64,000 bases of DNA from a bacterium (GTDB lineage: Bacteria > Electryoneota > Electryoneia > Electryoneales > Electryoneaceae): contig JAZDLX010000007.1 in assembly GCA_043801585.1 (NCBI GenBank), forward strand, positions 9,379 through 73,378. Reading direction: 5' to 3'. Positions 57,609 through 64,000 of this stretch are shown piece after piece. The translations under genes were made by a program, and so were the position numbers. Under the pieces are notes generated by a model. That model did not search any database and was not told where the DNA came from. It saw only the letters and a program-made list of their open reading frames with translations. Positions within the stretch are counted from its first letter, which is position 1; every line of letters starts with the position of its first letter.

Positions 57609-58133
57609 ATGAAACGCATCACCACCCTGGCGATGGCGGCCCTAATGTTGACGGCTGTCTTTGCGCCTCCGGTCCTGGCGAAAGATTTCAAGGTGGGTAT
57701 CATCATTTCCGAGCGGCTGCTCAACGAGTACCCCGAAGCGCAGGACGCTCAGAAAACACTCAATGAAGAGATCAACGAGTGGCAGCGTCAGGCTCAATCC
57801 ATGCAGGACGAATTGCAGTCCTTGCAGAAGGAATTGAGCGAAGAGGCGATGATGTTCTACACCGCGGAGAAGAAAGCTCAGAAGCAGGCGGAGTTTCAGC
57901 GGAAACTTGGAGCATTCCGCGATTTCCAGCAGAGCATCGAGCAAAAAGCGATGCAGCGGAATCAGGAGCTTTTCGCCCCGATCAACGAGAAGATTCAGAA
58001 GGTGCTGGACAGCATTGCCGAGAAGGATGGGTATGACATCATCCTCGATGCAGTCGGTGCGTCCATCGCCTATGCGAATCCGGAACTGGACATTACCGAT
58101 CGTGTCCTTGAGGAACTGAAGAACCAGAAGTAA
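57609..58133 (+). CDS. skp: OmpH/Skp periplasmic chaperone
   Basis: It has a signal peptide and a coiled-coil, Q/E/K-rich body. Its position between bamA and lpxD is conserved. An RBS, AAGGGAGTAAGAGGG, precedes the start. Confidence 0.8.
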   Translation: MKRITTLAMAALMLTAVFAPPVLAKDFKVGIIISERLLNEYPEAQDAQKTLNEEINEWQRQAQSMQDELQSLQKELSEEAMMFYTAEKKAQKQAEFQRKLGAFRDFQQSIEQKAMQRNQELFAPINEKIQKVLDSIAEKDGYDIILDAVGASIAYANPELDITDRVLEELKNQK

Positions 58134-58138
58134 AGCCC

Positions 58139-59161
58139 ATGACCTTGACCGCTCGTGAGCTCGCCGATCAAATCGGCGCCGAGGTTGTGGGTGATCCCAA
58201 TGTCATTATCGAAGGGGTCGCGAAGATTGAGGAGGCTTCTCCTCAAGAGGTCACCTTCATCTCGAACCCAGCCTACCGGAGATACCTGCAAACCACCAGG
58301 GCTTCTGCGATTATTATCGACAGCGTCCCGGAGGGAGGGGCAGCTACCTACCTGGTAACCCCTCAACCTTACTTGGCGTTTCTAAAGGTTCTGCGCCTGT
58401 TTCACCCTGAATCACCACCTCCAGCCGCAGGGGTGCATCCTTCCGCGGTGATCGGCGAGAACGTCACCATCGGGTCTGGCGCCTCCATCGGCCCGCTCTG
58501 TGTGCTCGAGGATGGGGTGACCGTTGGCAAGAACAGTATTCTCCGGGGACTTGTGTTCATTGGCAGGAATGTCGAGATCGGCGATAACTGCCTTTTCCAC
58601 AGCCGTGTCAGTATCCGTGAGGGGTGCCGAATCGGAAACCGTGTGATCCTGCAGGACGGATGTGTGATCGGATCGGACGGATTCGGCTTTGCCCAGGCGG
58701 AAGGTGGGTATGAGAAGATTCCTCAGGTGGGCATTGTCATCCTCGAAGATGATGTCGAAATCGGGGCCAATACCACAATTGACCGCGCCACCCTCGGCCA
58801 TACGATTCTCCGCCGTGGGGTCAAGCTGGATAATCTCGTTCAGATCGCCCACAACGTTGAGGTTGGTCAGAGCACGGTCATGGCGGCGCAGACAGGTATT
58901 GCAGGCAGTACGACCATCGGAGCGAAATCGGTGATCGGGGGACAGGTGGGCGTTGCGGGTCATCTGCACCTTTCGGACGGAATCATGGTTGCGGCCCAAT
59001 CCGGGATTACGAAAAATCCGGGAGCTGGGAAGATTGTCGCCGGGTCTCCTGCACGGGACATCCAGGTGTGGCGGCGCATTGAAGCGTCCCTGTCGAGGCT
59101 TCCGGAGTTGATCAAGCGAATCCGTAATCTGGAAGAGGGGGGAGCGGAGGACAGGGAATAG
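58139..59161 (+). CDS. lpxD: UDP-3-O-acylglucosamine N-acyltransferase
   Basis: It has an N-terminal LpxD domain and hexapeptide (LbH) repeats: IGENVTIGSGASIGP...IGDNCLFHS. Confidence 0.9.
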   Translation: MTLTARELADQIGAEVVGDPNVIIEGVAKIEEASPQEVTFISNPAYRRYLQTTRASAIIIDSVPEGGAATYLVTPQPYLAFLKVLRLFHPESPPPAAGVHPSAVIGENVTIGSGASIGPLCVLEDGVTVGKNSILRGLVFIGRNVEIGDNCLFHSRVSIREGCRIGNRVILQDGCVIGSDGFGFAQAEGGYEKIPQVGIVILEDDVEIGANTTIDRATLGHTILRRGVKLDNLVQIAHNVEVGQSTVMAAQTGIAGSTTIGAKSVIGGQVGVAGHLHLSDGIMVAAQSGITKNPGAGKIVAGSPARDIQVWRRIEASLSRLPELIKRIRNLEEGGAEDRE

Positions 59162-59182
59162 GACGGAAGAGGGAGATGTGCT

Positions 59183-60577
59183 GTGCTGAAAAACCAGAGA
59201 ACAATCGCCAGGGAAGTAAGCCTGGATGGTATCGGGCTGCATACGGGTGTCAAAACCAGGATGACCTTCAAACCCGCCCCACCGGGTACGGGTTACTATT
59301 TCGAACGCGTTGACCTCGAGGGAAATCCGAGGATCAAGGCGGACATCGATCATGTCATCGACATCTCACGTGGCACCACGATTGCCCAGGGCGAGGTGAA
59401 AGTTCACACCGTCGAGCATGTGCTTTCCGCGCTCTCCGGACTGTCTATCGATAACTGCATCGTTACCCTCGACAATATCGAACCACCCGTCATCGACGGG
59501 AGTGCAAAGCCGTTCGTCGATGCGCTTCTTTCGGCAGGACTCGCGGAACAGGAAGCGCCCAAGGAGTACCTGGAGATCAGCAAGACGTTGATTTACCACA
59601 ACGAGGAAAAGGGCATCGACCTCGTCATCGTCCCCTCCGACGAATTCCGCATCACCTACATGACCGACTACCGCAACCCGGCACTGGGGACGCAATACAC
59701 CTCGATGTACAGCCTTGAAGAGGAGTATGTCACCGAGTTCGCATCCGCGCGAACCTTCGCCTTTCTCTCAGAAGTCGAAGCGTTGAAATCACAAGGGTTG
59801 ATCAAGGGCGCCAGCCTTGATACAGGTCTGCTGATTGTGGACAAGGAAATCAACAAAGATGAACTCGAAGATCTCAAGAAACTCTTTGGAGTCGACGTTG
59901 ATATCAAGGTAGGAACCACAGGCATCTTCAACGATCACCCGCTTCGTTTTTACAACGAGCCGGTTCGGCATAAGGTGCTCGACTTGATCGGTGATTTCGC
60001 CCTGCTTGGCATTCCGATCAAGGGCCATGTGATGGTCGCCCGCGCCGGGCACGCCGCGCACGTCGAGATGGTGCGCAAGATGCGCAAGATCTATCTTGAA
60101 CGGCAGCTCAAGAAGAAATACCAGCGGACCACGACAGATAGCTACGTCTTCGACATCAACGCCATCCAACAGCTGCTACCGCACCGGTATCCCTTCCTTC
60201 TCGTTGACCGAATTCTCGAACTGGAACCGGGGGTACGGGTCACCGGGATCAAGAACGTGACCGCCAATGAGCCTTTTTTCCAGGGACATTTTCCCGGCCA
60301 TCCGATCATGCCCGGTGTGCTGGTGATCGAGGCGATGGGGCAGGTTGGGGGTGTTTTGCTCCTGAATGAATCCTCGGAACCCGAGAAAAACGTCGTTTAC
60401 TTCACCGGTCTCGACAATGTCAAATTCCGCCGTCCCGTGATACCTGGCGACACACTCTATTTTCGCGTTGAGATGATCTACAACCGCCGCGGGATTTGCA
60501 AAATGAAGGGCGAGGCTTTCGTCGGTGATGAACTTGCGGCACAGGCGGAGATGCAGGCGATCGTGAGGGGAAAGTAG
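59183..60577 (+). CDS. lpxC: Bifunctional UDP-3-O-acyl-GlcNAc deacetylase / 3-hydroxyacyl-ACP dehydratase (LpxC-FabZ fusion)
   Basis: LpxC motifs are HTVEHVLSAL and HELD-like. The C-terminal FabZ hotdog domain has LLPHRYPFLLVDRILE and FFQGHFPGHPIMPGVL. Confidence 0.9.
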   Translation: MLKNQRTIAREVSLDGIGLHTGVKTRMTFKPAPPGTGYYFERVDLEGNPRIKADIDHVIDISRGTTIAQGEVKVHTVEHVLSALSGLSIDNCIVTLDNIEPPVIDGSAKPFVDALLSAGLAEQEAPKEYLEISKTLIYHNEEKGIDLVIVPSDEFRITYMTDYRNPALGTQYTSMYSLEEEYVTEFASARTFAFLSEVEALKSQGLIKGASLDTGLLIVDKEINKDELEDLKKLFGVDVDIKVGTTGIFNDHPLRFYNEPVRHKVLDLIGDFALLGIPIKGHVMVARAGHAAHVEMVRKMRKIYLERQLKKKYQRTTTDSYVFDINAIQQLLPHRYPFLLVDRILELEPGVRVTGIKNVTANEPFFQGHFPGHPIMPGVLVIEAMGQVGGVLLLNESSEPEKNVVYFTGLDNVKFRRPVIPGDTLYFRVEMIYNRRGICKMKGEAFVGDELAAQAEMQAIVRGK

Positions 60578-60578
60578 C

Positions 60579-61397
60579 ATGTCGCACTTTGATCCTCTTG
60601 CTTCGGTGCACGCAGGCGCGAAACTGGGCAAGGATGTGACCGTCGGACCCTTCGCCGTCATCGAAGAGGGCGCCGAAATTGGTGACGGCTGCGTGATCGG
60701 GCCGCACGTCTTGGTTACGAGATGGGCGAGATTGGGGAAGGAAGTGAAGCTCGCGAAAGGTGTCGTTGTCGGCACCGATCCCCAGGACCTGAAATTCGCC
60801 GGTGAGGAGACGACGGCTCATGTAGGAGACAGAACGGTCATCCGTGAATTCGTCACTGTCAACCGTGGAACCACGTACCATATGAAAACGGTTGTCGGCG
60901 CCGACTGCCTGTTGCTGGCGTACAGCCATATCGCGCATGACTGTATCATCGGCGACCATGTCATCCTCGATAACGCTGTACAGCTTGCCGGACATGTTGA
61001 GATCGGCGATTGGGTGATTATTGGTGGTCTCAGCGGTGTGCAGCAGTTCGTCCACATCGGCGCTCACGCCTTTATCGGCGGGAAATGTGGTGTCAGAAAG
61101 GATGTTCCGCCCTTCATCAAAGCGGCGGGTGAACCATTGGTTTTCGCCGGGACAAACAACATCGGCCTGGCGCGGCGGGGATTTGACAAGGAGCGGATTA
61201 CCGCCATCCAGCAGGCGTACAGAACTCTCTACCGCAGTGGTCTGCTGTTCAAGGATGCCGTCGAGAAGTTGAAGAGTGATGCCTCCACTCCCGATGTGGA
61301 GGAGATCATCCGGTTCATCGAAAATCGAAGCAAACATGGTGTGATTGGCGGTCAGAGAAACCGCAGGAGTTTTGAGCAGAATCCTGACGAGGAGTAG
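60579..61397 (+). CDS. lpxA: Acyl-ACP--UDP-N-acetylglucosamine O-acyltransferase
   Basis: It has hexapeptide repeats plus the C-terminal helical domain and is 272 aa. It starts 1 nt after the lpxC-fabZ stop. Confidence 0.9.
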   Translation: MSHFDPLASVHAGAKLGKDVTVGPFAVIEEGAEIGDGCVIGPHVLVTRWARLGKEVKLAKGVVVGTDPQDLKFAGEETTAHVGDRTVIREFVTVNRGTTYHMKTVVGADCLLLAYSHIAHDCIIGDHVILDNAVQLAGHVEIGDWVIIGGLSGVQQFVHIGAHAFIGGKCGVRKDVPPFIKAAGEPLVFAGTNNIGLARRGFDKERITAIQQAYRTLYRSGLLFKDAVEKLKSDASTPDVEEIIRFIENRSKHGVIGGQRNRRSFEQNPDEE

Positions 61398-61601
61398 GGA
61401 ATGAAGGGATCACAGCACTTCATTCCGATTGTTCAGAAAAGGAAACAAGACCGCGCAGGTCGGAATGGAGCACATTTTCCCCTTCATTCCGGCAATTGAT
61501 CAAGATCACAGATTTTGGTGTTTCGATCTTTGATATTGAAGAAAAAGGGGCTGTAGCCAGGCCGTTCCTTTCACCTGTAGCAAGATGCCATGGAGGCGAA
61601 C

Positions 61602-62312
61602 ATGAGAGTTGGCAAACTCTTTTTTGCCGTTGTTGCATTTCTCCTCATCGCACCGACAGCATGGGCACTACCCGGAATTCAACTCGGAGTGCATGGAAAC
61701 TACCAGAACACGGTGATCTCGGAGCAGGTCCAGGAATTCAGTTTCCCGAATGATCCGGGCACATGGTCCAAGACAACTTTGACCCGGACGGAAATCGGCA
61801 ATCCAATCGGCGCCGGTGTGGATCTTACCTTCACCTTCATTCCGGTCATCGATCTGCAGATCGCTGCGGACATGATGATCCAGACCTATGATTTCGTTTA
61901 TACGCCCCCGCCTCCGGAGATCTCAGGCCAGTCCCCAATCAGCCAGTCGAGCATCCCCTACGGCCGTCTTGGGGTGGATGTTTCTATCATCAAGAATCTT
62001 GTCAGTTTGCCTCCGGCGGTCCATGTGCTCAATCTGTACGTGGGCATCGGTCCGAGCGTCGCTTTTATCGCGCCAATCGCCAGCCAGCAACTGATCCTCG
62101 ACAACATCGCCACTGCCAGCGAAGAGCCGGATATCGAAGGCTATGCGAAAGAGCAGGGGATGAAGATCGGTTTCCACGCTGTTGTTGGTATGACGCTGAA
62201 AGTGCCGATCATCCCCGGCATTCGAGTCCAGGCGAAATACATGAGTTTCGGAGATGTCACCGAACCGGATAAGAGCAGTTTCATCGTCCTCCAGGCTGGA
62301 CTGTTCATCTGA
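61602..62312 (+). CDS. Putative outer-membrane beta-barrel protein
   Basis: Signal peptide MRVGKLFFAVVAFLLIAPTAWA. It has alternating hydrophobic beta-strand patterning and ends ...LQAGLFI. Confidence 0.5.
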   Translation: MRVGKLFFAVVAFLLIAPTAWALPGIQLGVHGNYQNTVISEQVQEFSFPNDPGTWSKTTLTRTEIGNPIGAGVDLTFTFIPVIDLQIAADMMIQTYDFVYTPPPPEISGQSPISQSSIPYGRLGVDVSIIKNLVSLPPAVHVLNLYVGIGPSVAFIAPIASQQLILDNIATASEEPDIEGYAKEQGMKIGFHAVVGMTLKVPIIPGIRVQAKYMSFGDVTEPDKSSFIVLQAGLFI

Positions 62313-62640
62313 TTGTAAAGAGTTGATATTCAAATCAATACGGTTGGATCTTAATACCAGTTTATTGATTTGGAGCGAAATCGGGTCGTTTGGCGGTCGT
62401 TGAGATCTGCCTTGCCTGGTTCTTCTCCTGAATACGATTTCTGGTTCGGAACTTCTTGGATTCAAAAGGAGTACATAGTCTGTCGGCATTCGATCGGAGC
62501 CGGCCTGTAGGTTTCAGGTCGGCTCGTTATCTCCTGTGCGGGGAGAAAACAGATTCCCGGGTCGTCATCGATTGATGTAGATTGACGATAGGGCTGTTTA
62601 TTCAATCATTTGAGCCGAAAAACAACTGCTACGGGTCGTT

Positions 62641-63711
62641 ATGCTACTGACCGGTTTATCCTTTATCGTCGTCCTTGGTGTCGTGGTCTTCGTCCATGAA
62701 TTCGGGCATTTTATCGCGGCTCGCCTGATGGGTGCGCGTGTTGAAGCGTTTTCCATCGGATTTGGCAAACTGTTTGGCGTGCGCCGGGGCGAAACGGAAT
62801 ACCGGATCGGGTACATCCCTCTCGGCGGGTATGTCAAGATCTCGGGGATGGTGGATGAATTCATGGAGGGGGATGCCGGTGTGAAAGGCGAACCCTGGGA
62901 ATTCCAATCCAAAAGCACACTGGCGAAGGTGTTCATGATTACGGCCGGGGTGCTGATGAATTTCATCGCCGGTTTTCTGCTTTACAGTCTTGTCATCTTC
63001 TCGGAGGGTGAACCGCGGATTCTGCCGACTCCCACGGTGGGTAACGTCGCCAAGGGGTATCCCGCCGAAGAGATTGGCCTGCAACCCGGTGACCGGATCC
63101 TCAGTGTGGACGGCATCGCAACCGGGGAATGGGAGCCCTTTCGCGACTACGTACAGGCACGTCCGGAGCAGACGATCCAGTTGGTCTGGCTTCACGGTGG
63201 AGACACCCTTTCCACTGCCGTTGTGCCGAAAGGTGTCGAGGTCGACCGTGACGGTGAGAAAACCACCATCGGCCTGATCGGAATCGATCAGGCGTACGAG
63301 CACGTGCCGGTTGGGATTGGCCGGTCACTGGTCGTTGGCGGCGAAACCACCTGGGATATCATCTCGCTCAGCCTGAAATCCGTGGGCATGCTGATCACTG
63401 GAAAGGCATCCGTAAAGGATCTGACCGGGCCGGCGGGGATTATCTACCTCTCGGGTGAGACCGTTCGTGCGGGATGGGTCACCTTTATCGCTTTCATCGC
63501 GCTGATCAACATCAGCATCGGACTGCTGAACATCCTTCCGTTTCCCGTTCTCGACGGTGGACATCTGGTCTACATCCTGATTGAGGCGATCATCCGCCGT
63601 CCGATTTCGACAAAAGTCAAACTGGCTTTGCAGCAGGTGGGTCTCGCGTTGCTGCTGGTCCTTGTGGTGGTCGTTACCTATCATGACATACTTCGCTTCT
63701 TTGTCTCGTAA
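62641..63711 (+). CDS. rseP: RIP (site-2) zinc metalloprotease RseP
   Basis: Motifs are HEFGHF (HExxH) and LDGGHL, with a PDZ domain between the TM segments. Confidence 0.9.
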   Translation: MLLTGLSFIVVLGVVVFVHEFGHFIAARLMGARVEAFSIGFGKLFGVRRGETEYRIGYIPLGGYVKISGMVDEFMEGDAGVKGEPWEFQSKSTLAKVFMITAGVLMNFIAGFLLYSLVIFSEGEPRILPTPTVGNVAKGYPAEEIGLQPGDRILSVDGIATGEWEPFRDYVQARPEQTIQLVWLHGGDTLSTAVVPKGVEVDRDGEKTTIGLIGIDQAYEHVPVGIGRSLVVGGETTWDIISLSLKSVGMLITGKASVKDLTGPAGIIYLSGETVRAGWVTFIAFIALINISIGLLNILPFPVLDGGHLVYILIEAIIRRPISTKVKLALQQVGLALLLVLVVVVTYHDILRFFVS

Positions 63712-64000
63712 GGCGGTTGTTCCGGCGCTTTGCCTCGCGTTGCTTGTTGCGGGATGCGCCGGGACGAAAGATGTCCGGAAATCCGCCGCTGGAAAAACGT
63801 CCCGCGAATTCGCAGATCTGCCCCCGCGCGTGCTCGACAGGGTCATTTCAGGCTCTCTCTTCGAGAGCCAGGGCGACTACCTGCGCGCCTTGCACGAGTA
63901 TTCGAACGCCCTCGCCTACGACAGCAGCCAGGTCGAACTCTACGTCGCGATTGCGGAAATGCACCGGCAGTTGGGCGAGATGGACCTTGCCGAGAAAGTC
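63701..64000 (+). CDS. TPR-like lipoprotein, N-terminal fragment (runs off the window end)
   Basis: A TTG start overlaps the rseP end. The product starts SRKAVVPALCLALLVAGC (lipobox), and TPR-like helices follow. Confidence 0.4.
   Translation, partial: MSRKAVVPALCLALLVAGCAGTKDVRKSAAGKTSREFADLPPRVLDRVISGSLFESQGDYLRALHEYSNALAYDSSQVELYVAIAEMHRQLGEMDLAEKV

Overview
This 64 kb window looks like a chromosomal segment of a high-GC (about 60%) Gram-negative bacterium. Gene content suggests an FCB-group-like organism: a fused lpxC-fabZ, DUF5683 and DUF4159 proteins, and a GxxExxY gene; this is an inference. The window opens with the distal NADH dehydrogenase operon, nuoH (partial), then I, J, K, L, M and N. 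A low-GC GxxExxY (PD-(D/E)XK) gene is inserted between nuoH and nuoI, bounded by inverted arrays of an ACAGGAT heptamer at 9-10 bp spacing. Two more gene-less copies of the same arrays lie in the nuoK-nuoL gap and the ykoF-rpmE gap. Next comes a lower-GC accessory stretch encoding two paralogous exported zinc-ribbon proteins and a lipoprotein. After that: a YkoF-like gene, rpmE, a DUF1385 gene, a DinB-like gene and a second lipoprotein. On the minus strand sit a DUF4159 gene, add, a small operon of two tiny ORFs plus a STAS protein preceded by an unusually long GC-rich non-coding gap, deoA, and genes for PilZ, PHP, HD, DUF5683, RidA and proline dehydrogenase. The centre holds a tightly coupled minus-strand operon of three QxxRW-type GT2 glycosyltransferases, a NodB polysaccharide deacetylase and a UPF0104 flippase-like membrane protein, divergent from a pair of ABC exporter half-transporters. 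Downstream are holA, an ECF sigma/anti-sigma pair, deoB, rdgB, a cysteine desulfurase next to mnmA, panB, panC, a GlmU N-domain-only nucleotidyltransferase, rsfS, argS, a PfkB kinase with mtnA, and uppS. The window ends with an outer-membrane biogenesis cluster: a 1415-aa TamB/AsmA-like protein, bamA, skp, lpxD, lpxC-fabZ, lpxA, an OMP, and rseP. Several long near-perfect inverted repeats and a dispersed repeat family of about 110 bp occupy intergenic regions. No rRNA, tRNA or CRISPR arrays were recognised.
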